Below, in pieces: positions 10,049 through 20,169 of a DNA stretch of 34,248 nt (within the stretch, counting starts at the first letter, position 1; each line of letters begins with the position of its first letter). Made by a program: the position numbers and the translations under genes. The stretch is from Octopus sinensis (taxonomy: Eukaryota). The stretch covers positions 1 through 34,248 of the forward strand of contig NW_021831716.1 in the NCBI RefSeq assembly GCF_006345805.1, read 5' to 3'. The notes beneath the pieces were generated by a model. It did not search any database. It was not told where the DNA came from and saw only the letters and a program-made list of their open reading frames with translations.

Positions 10049-10305
10049 TTGAAAAATGAACAGAAGTGGAATTTCTCATAATTTTTTCACTTTAATTATT
10101 AGATGTTTATATGTTATTAATTATTTACAAAAGGTGACTCTGATAGGAGTTTCTCGCTTAAGAGCAGTTTTGAAACTGACATTTTAGAATTTGTTATTTA
10201 TTATGTAGGTATGATTAAAGAGATTCCAGTCAAGCCCACACCTTCATTCTGCAATGTTTCTTCAAGCATTTGTTCAACTTTTGGTAGAGAAAAAAATATA
10301 TATAT

Positions 10306-10716
10306 AGGAGTGGTTGTGTGGTAAGTAGCTTGCTTACCAGCCACATGGTTCCGTGTTCATTCCCACTGTGTGGCACTTTGGGCAAGTTTCTTCTACCATA
10401 GTCTCGGGCAGACCAAAGCTTTGTGAGTGGATTTGGTAGATGGAAACTGATAGAAGCCCGTCGTATATATATATATATATATGTGTGTGTGTTTATGTGT
10501 CTGTGTTTGTCCTCCCACCCCCAACATCGCTTGACAACCAATGGTGGTGTGTTTACGTCTCCTTAACTTAGCGTTTCGGCAAAAGAGACTGATAGAATAA
10601 GTACTAGGCTTACAAGGAATAAGTCCTGGGGTCGATTTGCTCGACTAAAGGCGGTGCTCCAGCATGGCCACAGTCAAATGACTGAAACAATTAAAAGAAT
10701 AAAAGAATAAAAGAAT
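10306..10716 (+). mobile_element. Full-length family A tRNA-SINE
   Basis: ggagtggttgtgtggtaag head, B-box-like gtgttcattccc, gtggcactttgggcaagt core, internal (TA)(TG) repeat, (aaaagaat)n tail. Confidence 0.93.
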
Positions 10717-10949
10717 ATATATATATATGGGTACCTGTATACGTCTGTGTGTGTGTGTGTTTGTGTGTGTGCGTGTGTGTGTGTGTAAGTCAATGGTTAC
10801 CTTTATATCAGGAAAACTAAGGTGAAAAAGTTCTATGTTGATATATTTCAATCGAAAATAAGAGGGAAAAAAAGCACCTAACGTTATATTTCACTTTTTT
10901 TCCGCAAAATTCTCTATTCTCTATTGTCTTCCATAAACTTTTTCAAATG

Positions 10950-11095
10950 CCGCCTGCAATGCTACCGCCACCACCTCCACCACCGGCATCAGCACCATCA
11001 TCGCCACCACCGTCAGCACCGCCTCCGCAGCCGCAGCCGCCGCCGCCGCCACCGCCGTCGCCACCACCACGGCCACTACTTCTGCCACCTGTTCC
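10950..11095. repeat. GC-rich degenerate trinucleotide repeat (CAC/CCG/CAT)
   Basis: Direct reading. Confidence 0.88.
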
Positions 11096-11189
11096 TCGGA
11101 TTAAGGATTTTTAGCGTGCTATAGGCAACGGTTTGCTGTTTGGTTTTATAGTCAAACGTAAACGACACAGCTGTTTCGAAACACCACGC

Positions 11190-11475
11190 ATACACACACA
11201 CACACACGTACACACCCACTCACACGCACACGCACGCTCATTCTGACACACACATACACTAACCTCTTCACCAACTTTTTCCGATTCTCTTCCTCTCTTC
11301 CTCTCTCCGCCTCATTCCGCACCTGTCCCCCTCTCTTTCTCCGTCTTTTCCCTCTCCTTCTCTCACTAACTAACTAACCATTTTGTCACACCCTGTGTCT
11401 CTCCCATTTTTCCTTTGATGTCTTGGATTTTCAACCTCTCTATTCGTTCAATCTTTCCTCTTTTGTCAATTACTT

Positions 11476-11511
<36 letters not shown>

Positions 11512-11920
11512 CCTTTCTTTCTCTCCTTCTCTTTCTCTCTCTCTCTTTCTCTCTCCCTCTCTTTCTCTCCTTCTCTTTCTCTCTCTCTCTCTCACACACA
11601 CCTTTTCACTTACTAACTCCCTCCCTCTCCTTCACAATTTTTTTCTGTTCCTCTCACTGTCTCATTCATTCTCTCTTTCATTCAAACACTCGTTATGCAT
11701 ATTCACACACACACACACACAGACACACACACACAATATACATACACACACACACCACACACACACACACACATACACACATACACACACACACAATATA
11801 CATACGCACACATACTTACACTCACACACATTCCTTCTCTCTCTCTCGCTCTCTCTCTTTCTCTCACAAAATACTTCTTTCATAGCTTACTTTTTCACAA
11901 CCTCCATTCTCTCTCTCTCT
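11190..11920. repeat. Long (CA)/(CT) low-complexity block with polypyrimidine tract ~11270-11630
   Basis: Direct reading. Confidence 0.92.
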
Positions 11921-12077
11921 CTCTGTATTTCGCATTCACTTTGCAGCCACTGACGCCATGTTTACTAATTGCTACGTAAAATAAACGAACGCTGTCACCT
12001 ACCTATTCTTACATTCTGTCACACATAAACACACCCACGCTAACACAACCCTAGTAATTTTCTTCACACACGCACGC

Positions 12078-12108
<31 letters not shown>

Positions 12109-12110
<2 letters not shown>

Positions 12111-12458
12111 GTTCTATATTTAAGAGATGAAGAATTATGTACATTATTTACATTATTTACATTATGTACATTTGACGGATATTTGCCACAGGCATATGGC
12201 ACAGTGGCTAAGAGCGCGGGCTACTAACACGAAGATTCCGAGTTCGATTCCAGGCAGTGACACGAATAATAGTAATAATAATAATAATAATAACAACAAC
12301 AACAATAACATCATCGAAAAATACATTAGGAATGAGAACCCAGGTTCGAAATTTCCCAAGACACCCGATGAAAGCTGGAGGGTATATCAGCCGAAACGTT
12401 GTGTTAACAAACAAGATGAGGAAAAATATCCGTCAAATGTACATAATGTAAATAATGT
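12109..12458 (+). mobile_element. Composite element: inverted terminal segment, tRNA-like head, (AAT/AAC)n, hammerhead-bearing tail
   Basis: Perfect 35-bp inverted repeat 12150-12184 / 12424-12458; A box tggcacagtgg 12197-12207; B box agttcgattcc 12241-12251; hammerhead 12360-12405. Confidence 0.78.
12360..12405 (+). ncRNA. Minimal type I hammerhead ribozyme motif
   Basis: GACAC-CCGAUGA-AA-GCUG(GAGGGUAUAU)CAGC-C-GAAAC-GUU-GUGUU: helix I GACAC/GUGUU, helix II GCUG/CAGC with an A.C mismatch at its base, palindromic ACGU helix III; predicted cut after 12400. Confidence 0.68.
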
Positions 12459-12475
12459 GTATATATATATATATC

Positions 12476-12515
12476 TTTCTCTTTTACTTGTTTCAGTCAT
12501 TTGACTGCGGCCATA
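12476..12515 (-). mobile_element. Family A SINE extreme 3' tail fragment
   Basis: ctcttttacttgtttcagtcatttgactgcggccat. Confidence 0.8.
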
Positions 12516-12678
12516 TACCTGATATAGTCGATCGACTAGAATTTACTGCTAAACCTTCACCAGATTACACCACATGCTCATAAAAAGAGGAAAAGTCACA
12601 TATTAACATGCCTAGTGCGAAATTCATCCCATAAAATATCAGTGAATCAATGGTTAATAATGAGAAAATATGTAAAAA

Positions 12679-12805
<127 letters not shown>

Positions 12806-12926
12806 CGAGCTAGCTAGCTATTTATCTATCTACATTGACACAAACATATATGCATATACTACATATGTAGGTAGATATGAAATGGCATACATCTATTTTG
12901 AATTTCGTCCAACTTTTCTGTACTTA

Positions 12927-13810
12927 TACACACCTTTACGCAAAAGAAACCGGAATTTTGCAATATTATTTTACTGAATTGCTTTTATATATTTACACTT
13001 CTATCGCCTTTAATGAATTCTCCATTTGAATCAATGCATCGGTCTAGAAGCGTTTTCCACTGTTCGAAGCAGTTCTAAAACTCCTTTGAAGCGATGACTT
13101 TTAACGCTTCCATCGTTTTTATTTCTTCACCTCACTAGCTTTCGTCACCAGTAATGATCTTCGAAAAAAGATTCGAATCAACTTCCAACTGTTCTTTCAG
13201 TTCACGACACGCATTCAGTCGGGACTGCTTTTCATCTTCCCCGAGCAAGCAAGGCATAAATTTTGCTGCAACTCTTTTCATTCGCAATTCCTCGCTCAAA
13301 ATTAATTGGCAGGAGCTCCAGGACTCACCAATCATATCAAAAAGCCAATTGCTCAGTGACGGTCCTTCAAGATCAGTTCATGAATTTACGTGATGTTTTC
13401 ATTCGTTCGGGAGTTCGACGGTCACCCAGAACAAGGTTGGTCATCAAGCGTCAAGTGACTATTCCTAAAGTGTGCAAGCTTCTCGTAAACTAGTGTCTTG
13501 CTCATGGTGGCGTCCTAGTAAGCTGCTTGAAGCATGACAACTATTTCGGCTGCCGTTTTCCCCAGCAGAAAACAGAATTCTATGGAAGCACGCTGTTCCT
13601 TCGTTTGAGCCATCGCAAAAATCGACAAACAGAGGATAACCGCTTCAAAACAAAGACGCACCACGTGGCAGTACGACGATAACCAACGACGCTGGTCGGC
13701 AGACCGATGCCTGAGGGTCGCATTAAGTAAATTCTAGCAAAGAAAGCCTGAACTACAACGGGCTTGTCTCACAGAGAACGTTTCAGGTTACTTTTGGCTA
13801 CCCCCTCGTA
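12927..13810 (-). mobile_element. Internally deleted mariner DNA transposon
   Basis: TA at both ends; imperfect TIRs (tacgagggggtagccaaaagtaacctgaa vs tacacacctttacgcaaaagaaaccggaa) matching ~15/19 in the inner part; transposase remnant inside. Confidence 0.88.
12990..13613 (-). pseudogene. Mariner transposase pseudogene (HTH region to first catalytic Asp, then C-terminal tip)
   Basis: MAQTKEQRASIEFCFLLGKTAAEIVVMLQAAY*...KRVAAKFMPCLL...SKIITGDES then EEIKTMEALK...FEQWKTLLDRCIDSNGEF; several stops and a frameshift; rest of the DDD domain deleted. Confidence 0.92.
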
Positions 13811-14641
13811 CGCACACATATTCGTATATAAACATTTTGGCCATTGGCAATTGGCTATCATGCGTAAACAGACCAAGAAGCATATGTCATATTAATACTA
13901 CGTCGCCATCTTCTCAACACAAAAAGGATAAAGTCATTATGATTAAAAACTGTATCATTCTACCATCACCAAAAACAAACAAGCGGTGTCCACATCATGG
14001 TCATGTTTCCACACTACTGGAAAGAAAGGACTTTTTTCACATGTCAGGCTCCTTCCCAAGGGAGGATTATAGATTACTTTTTTGGGACCCCGACTTGCGG
14101 ATGAAAGGATGCCTGCAGGCCACAAGAGAATTAATCGGGGACATGAGGTGAGAGACTCATCGCCTCAATATGTGTCTAATTGTGTTTTTAATTGTAATGG
14201 ACTTGTTAGTCCAAAGAAATTGTAAAACATTGTAAATTGTAAGAGAGTTATTACCTCAATATGTGTTTTATTAAAAGAACAATGTTATAGAGAAGCAGAG
14301 GGTCGGCGGGCGCTCTCTGTCTTCTCCCATCCTTATCATCTTGTGTCATTATCATTCGCCTCATCAATGTCTTGTCCAGCCCGCAAAGCTACTCATCTTT
14401 GTACTGCCTCTATGGCAAATGAAATGAATAAAAGTTTCCACACTGCATACTTCAAAAGGGAAAATTCGTCAATAAAAAATTTGATAGAATAATCCAAAGC
14501 TAAAAATAATGTTGGATCACACATGAATGGGTAATGTATGAAAATATATTCTCAATGCCAAAGAAATTAGGAAAAATAGAATTAGAATCTTTAGTAGGGA
14601 GTATAAATACAAATAAATAAAAGTGTGAAAATCAAAATCAA

Positions 14642-15244
14642 AATATTGCTTTCTATTCTAGGTACAAGGTCCGAAATTTTTGGGGAGAGTCCAGCCGATT
14701 ATATCGACCCCAGTACGCAACCGGTACTAAATTTATCGTCCCCGAAAAGAATGAAAGGCAAAGTCGACCTCGGCGGAATTTGAACTCAGAACGTAAAATC
14801 AGACGAAATACCTATTTCTTTAATACCTATTTCTTTATTACCCACAAGGGGCTAAACACAGAGGGGACAAACAAGGACAGACATAGGTATTAAGTCGATT
14901 ACATCGATCCCAGTGCGTAACTGGTACTTAATTTATCGACCCCGAAATGATGAAAGGCAAAGTCGACCTCGGCGGAATTTGAACTCAGAACATAATGGCA
15001 GACGAAATACATATTTCTTTACTACCCAGAAGGGGCTAAATACAGAGAGGACAAACAAGGACAGACAAACAGATTAAGTCGATTATATCGACCCCAGTGC
15101 GTTACTGGTACTTAATTTATCGACCCCGAAGGGATGAAAGGTAATGTCGACCTCGGCGGAATTTGAACTCAGAACGTAACGGCAGACGAAATGCCGCTAA
15201 GCATTTCGCCCGGCGTGCTAACGTTTCTGCCAGCTCGCCGCCTT
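14642..15244 (-). mobile_element. Family B SINE trimer: head-core-tail1, core-tail1, core-tail2
   Basis: Three core copies; junctions gaaatagg|tatttcgtctg near 14810 and 15009; a single head at 15244. Confidence 0.93.
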
Positions 15245-15925
15245 ACTAAATAAAAATATTGGCAACGCAATGTACTCAAAAACGCAAAAATGAGCTAAAT
15301 AACAAAACACAATAAGCTACATACCCGTGGAACAACTACTAAATAGAGACCAACAAAAGTCTAATTAGAACAAGTCAATCGAAAACAAGAAAGAAATGGA
15401 ATATGGGAAAGGTTTAAGAATGCAAAATTATAAAGATTGCAATATGGCTATGAAATAACTTATAGGTGGACAGAATGAAAATGCATAAATATTGCCATGG
15501 ACAAGCGAAAGTACATCTCAAGGAATAAACTTAACAAGGAAATATGAACAACAAAAGCAAATACACATTTAGCCACTGCAAACTAAATAAAAACAGACAG
15601 GAACATCAATGTCACCAGGTTAAATGAAAATTTCTGTGTATCACCAACTGTTGTTACAAAGAAGAGTGGGTACATCTCAGACCGAGCCAATCTGTCGTCA
15701 TGGAAAGTAAGATACAGAAGCATATAGAAAATAAGATAGAAAATGTAGTTTTCATTGAAATCAATAACAAAACGGCTCAAATATAGAATTTTCAGTTGGA
15801 TGCAAAATGAATTAGAAAAATACAGGAAATAAAGACTCTCTTTAAAGTGCACTCACCAAAATCTGACATAGGAGAATTATATTTTCTACGAATACAGAAA
15901 GTAGAATCTTCGTAAAGTAGAAAAC

Positions 15926-16145
15926 TATTGGGCTGGTGCATAATTATTGCGGCTTTTTTTTTCAACAAATTTTCTTCAATAAAAACAATGACAATATGTA
16001 ACAAAAACCATCTACTTCAATTACTGCTTCCCATTTGCTTGGTAGACGGTCAGACCGTCATTGAAAGATGTTTCTGTTAAATATTGTCATTGCTTTTGTT
16101 GAATAAAATTTGTTGAAAAAAAAAACGCAATAATTATGCACTAAC
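15926..16145. mobile_element. Mariner-derived MITE, ~75-bp inverted arms
   Basis: tattgggctggtgcataattattgcg...caacaaatttt...aatgacaatat vs atattgtcatt...aaaatttgttg...cgcaataattatgcac; TIR resembles Hsmar1/MADE1-type ends; right end cut by a SINE. Confidence 0.85.
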
Positions 16146-16147
16146 GC

Positions 16148-16555
16148 AGGAGTGGCTGTGTGGTAAGTAGCTTGCTAACCAACCACATGGTTCCGGGTTC
16201 AGTCCCACTGCGTGGCATCTTGGGCGAGTGTCTTCTGCTATAGCCCCGGGCCGACCAATGCCTTGTGAGTGGATTTGGTAGACGGAAACTGAAAGAAGCC
16301 TGTCGTATATATGTATATATATGTATATGTATGTATGTGTATGTGTTTGTGTGTCTGTGTTTAGACCCCTAGCATTGCTTGACAACCGATGCTGGTGTGT
16401 TTACGTCCCCGTCACTTAGCGGTTCGGCAAAAGAGACCGATAGAATAAGTACTGGGCTTACAAAAATAAGTCTCGGGCTCGATTTGCTCGACTAAAGGCG
16501 GTGCTCCAGCATGGCCGCAGTCAAATGACTGAAACATGTAAAAGAGTAAAGAGTA
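16148..16555 (+). mobile_element. Full-length young family A tRNA-SINE
   Basis: Head, B box ggttcagtccc, core, internal (TATG)/(TG), (aaagagt)n tail. Confidence 0.95.
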
Positions 16556-17090
16556 ATCAAATACCATAAAATAACTACGGCAAGTCTAGAAATACAAAGA
16601 ACGAAAACAAAATACTTTGTTTTATTTTCAGGAAAAACTCTAAATACAAGGAAGAAGTTGATATAATAAACATTTGACAAGAAAAATAAGAAACAGCAGA
16701 AATTTTGGAAAATCGGAAAGCTAAGCTAGATATCGGACTACAGGCTGTCATAATACTCAATGGTTAACAACAAAAGCCTTTATAAGGTTAATACATGTAA
16801 AGCTAAACAGATACTGGAATAGATTAATACTAATCACAGCACTTGGAAACACAAAAACCCTGGCTGAAACAGAAATACATTAACTGTAGTACAAAATCTT
16901 AACCTTCTCCCGAGAAAATGCTAAAAATAACTTATAATGGAGGCGAATACATTAAGTATATTGTAAGACAGAAGAAACAACTAATCATATTTTTGTGGTT
17001 GCTCAGTTTTAGTGAAAAATACATGCATTTATGTTTAAGACAGTGAAGACAGAGTTTAAGCTTTTATGCATAGGAAATCAGCCGAGAATA

Positions 17091-17620
17091 GTCGATTATA
17101 TCGACACCAGTGTTTCACTGGTACTTAGTTTATCGACTTCGAGAGGATGAAAAGCAAAGTCGACCTTGGCGGAATTTGAACTCAAAACGTAGCGGCAGAT
17201 GAAATACCTATTTCTTTACTACCCACAAGGGGCTAAACACAGAGGGGGACAAACAAAGACACACAAAGAGTTTAAGTCGATTACATCGACACCAGTGCGT
17301 AACTGGTACTTAATTTATCGACGCCGAAAGGATGAAAGGCAAATTCGACCTCGGCGGAATTTAAACTCAGAACGTAACGGCAGACGAAATACCTATTTCT
17401 TTACTGCCTACAAGGGGCTACACACAGAGGGGACAAACAAGGACTGACAAAGGGATTAAGTCGATTATATCGACCCCAGTGCGTAACTGGTACTTATTTA
17501 ATCGATCCCGAAAGGATGAAAGGCACAGTCGAACTCGGCGGAATTTGAACTCAGAGCGTAGCGGCAGACGAAATACTGCTAGGCATTTCGCCCGGCGTGC
17601 TAACGTTTCTGTCAGCTCGC
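17091..17620 (-). mobile_element. Family B SINE trimer, last unit truncated
   Basis: Junctions at ~17206 and ~17391, 185 nt apart. Confidence 0.93.
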
Positions 17621-18035
17621 TAGATGTTATTGTTATAGACCGGGAAGAAAGGTGTTTCCTAGTCCGTATAACAGTCCTACCAGAAGATAAAATATCCCTA
17701 AAGTAAATGCAAAAATTTCCAAATATAAAAATCGGAATATAGAGGTAATCAGAATGTAGTCGTCTCTATTTCGTGATCTTAATATTTGGATAAAACATAA
17801 CGTGCCTTGGGAATGATTAACAATGATGTGCTCAACATAAATAATGTAAATCTAAAGACTTACATATATGCTCAACATATAGCAAATAGCATTATTTAAC
17901 ATATCGTACAAAGCACATATTATGCAGTGTGCGTTTGATGCAGTAAAAATCACAAAAACAACACAAATAGTCAACGTACTGAAGGCATACAGAGCTGCGT
18001 AATAAAAACACGAAATAACAATAAAAATAGTGAAA

Positions 18036-18078
<43 letters not shown>

Positions 18079-18081
18079 ATG

Positions 18082-18133
<52 letters not shown>

Positions 18134-18137
18134 TAAT
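18036..18137. repeat. (TAC)n(AAT)n compound microsatellite
   Basis: Direct reading. Confidence 0.96.
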
Positions 18138-18151
18138 CATAGCGAGATCAT

Positions 18152-18524
18152 TGCCCTGATGCAGTACCAGACAGTGACTCTCATGGCTTCTGATCTTAAC
18201 TGATTGGAAGTGTTATCATGTACATTGTTTTGTTTTGGTATTCAAGATGGGCTACAGCAAATACCACAGATTTGCTTGTCAGTTGTTTGACCATGTCCTA
18301 AATGATGGGTTATCGACCAGAAGAAAATTCTAACTGGGCCCCACCTGCAAGGTCATGCGCTGTTTATCTTGATATGAAATCACCATGTCGCACACATATG
18401 GTTGTGATGCATGTGCCTGGTGTACCCTTATCAGACGGGTAGTCATGATGGGTATACTGGGCTTCGTATATTTTACCCCAGTGTCACTGTGATGACATGC
18501 ACTGCTCTCTCACTCAATAATAAT
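18152..18524 (+). mobile_element. Family E non-autonomous retroelement, internally deleted, AAT-flanked
   Basis: Same 5' start (tgccctgatgcagtacc) and 3' end (ctctc..actc+AAT) as the 18987 copy. Confidence 0.88.
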
Positions 18525-18589
18525 TTCATGCACCATAAAGGAATCTGTTGACCAGGAAAAATACAATGCAGTTTGCAATTTGTGTTTAC

Positions 18590-18831
18590 CTAAACTGCTA
18601 TGGGAAACAAAGGGAGATAAAAGAGTATATGAGACAATAGCATACGTTTTATACAAAATATATGAAGATATAGTTCAGGTAGTCCTCATGACACCTGAAC
18701 TATAGGTGTCTCCGTAGATGAAGGAGAAACTTCAACTACGGCAAATCAGAGAATCAGAGTCAACCTGATCACCAAGAGCAGAAGTCCTGCCCAAGCTGTT
18801 GCTCTCCAATCTCCAACCACATACTGAGAGT
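18590..18831 (+). pseudogene. Decayed LINE ORF2 fragment just upstream of the RT core (RTE-like)
   Basis: YETIAYVLYKIYED..., aactac-ggcaaatcag (NYRxIS-like with a 1-nt deletion, 18734), EVLPKLLLSNLQPHTES (18781-18831). Confidence 0.45.
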
Positions 18832-18846
18832 AGTTCAGAGCATAGA

Positions 18847-18847
<1 letters not shown>

Positions 18848-18881
<34 letters not shown>

Positions 18882-18910
18882 TAATAATAATAATAATATA
18901 ATAATAATAA

Positions 18911-18941
<31 letters not shown>

Positions 18942-18985
18942 AAGAAGAGAAGAAGAAGAAGAAGAAGAAGAAGAAGAAGAAGAAT
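18848..18985. repeat. (AAT)n then (GAA)n microsatellite
   Basis: Direct reading. Confidence 0.96.
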
Positions 18986-18986
18986 A

Positions 18987-19543
18987 AATGCCCTGATGCA
19001 GTACCAGGCAGTGGCTCTCGTGGCTTCTGATCTTAACTGATTGGAAGTGTTATCATTTACATTGTTTTGTCTTGGTATAAAAGATGGGCTACTGCAAATA
19101 TTCTGCTCAATACTACAGATTTGCTTGTCAGTTGTTTGATCTTAACCAGTTGAGCATGTCTCTTAGTGGCTGACGATATGTGCATCCCTGATCACGAGCA
19201 GAAGTAGTGGGGGAGCATTATAGCCATGTGTTGTGAGGGATTCTTTGGGGTTTGAATAATTCACCTCTGGAAACATGGGAGGTTCGTTCAACATCCTTAA
19301 ACAACCCTTATTCAGGGACCTTTTGAGCGGGATGGGTTACTCGACCAGAAGAAAATTCTAATTGGGCCCCACTTGCAAGGTCATATGCTGTTTATCTTGA
19401 TATGAGATCACCATGTCGCGCACACATGGTTGTGGTGCATTTGCCTGGTGTACCCTTATCAGACGGGTAGTCATGATGGGTATACTGGGCTTCGTATATT
19501 TTACCCCAGTGTCACTTTGATGGCATGCACTACTCTCTGACTC

Positions 19544-19588
<45 letters not shown>
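18987..19588 (+). mobile_element. Family E non-autonomous retroelement, longest copy, (AAT)n tail
   Basis: ~560-bp body with no ORF; (AAT)n at 19544-19588. Confidence 0.9.
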
Positions 19589-19648
19589 CCTTTCTACTAT
19601 AGGCACAAGGTCTGAAATTAGTGGCGGGGGAGTGTCGATTACATAACA
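19588..19648 (-). mobile_element. Family B tail-2 fragment
   Basis: ttctactataggcacaaggtctgaaatt...gtcgattacat. Confidence 0.7.
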
Positions 19649-19954
19649 TTATTGTTAGGTATAAAGCCATAAAAATGTTTTAGAAAAGCAGTAAAAATCC
19701 AAATGACCCAAAATAAACAAAAAACCCATTCAATGCTGCAACAAGACCGGTTAATTTTAAAATATGTCACCTGCAGTGTTCAGAACAAAAGTTTCTTTGC
19801 GCTATTTGACGTAATTTGTGTCAAACGGTCCATATTTTCCATATAAAGGCAATGGTGATGATCTTGTATAAATTCAGCCGTTATATAAACTGGTTTTGTT
19901 AGTTAATTCCCTTGAATCTACACATATTTTCTTTGTAAAAATGGAATTTTGAAA

Positions 19955-20110
19955 ATGGCTTTCATGGCTTTTGATCTTAGCAGATTGGAAGTGTTATCAT
20001 GTACATATTTTGTCTATGTGTAAATGATAGGCTGCAGTAAATATTCTTCTCAGTACCGCAAATTTGCTTGTCAGTAGCTTGACCTTAACCCATAACCAGT
20101 TGACCATGTC
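19955..20110 (+). mobile_element. Older family E 5' fragment
   Basis: catggcttttgatcttagcagattggaagtgttatcatgtaca matches 18181-18222. Confidence 0.82.
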
Positions 20111-20169
20111 GGCCAAATTACATCTCTTAACAAATCAGAAATATAAAATAACTAGCTCTTTAGTTTCTT

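Noticed and set aside
10947-11114. 55-aa proline-rich ORF (MPPAMLPPPPPP...)
   Set aside because: Explained by a CAC/CCG trinucleotide tract; no supporting exon structure
11160-11185. gaaacagctgt palindrome on the minus strand resembling hammerhead helix III
   Set aside because: No CUGANGA core or helix II upstream
12191-12260. Possible tRNA gene (also the heads at 803, 24874, 29015 and families A/B)
   Set aside because: A and B boxes are present but there is no complete acceptor stem or cloverleaf; these are SINE heads
13840-14420. Possible LTR fragment
   Set aside because: No TG...CA boundaries, TSD, PBS/PPT or second copy found
14642-17620. CRISPR-like regularly spaced repeats
   Set aside because: Units are ~185-nt SINE multimers with no unique spacers, in eukaryotic DNA
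19855-19870. gat gat ctt gta (DDLV) as the RT YADD motif of the RTE relic
   Set aside because: Preceding codons do not resemble YA/FA and flanking RT motifs are absent
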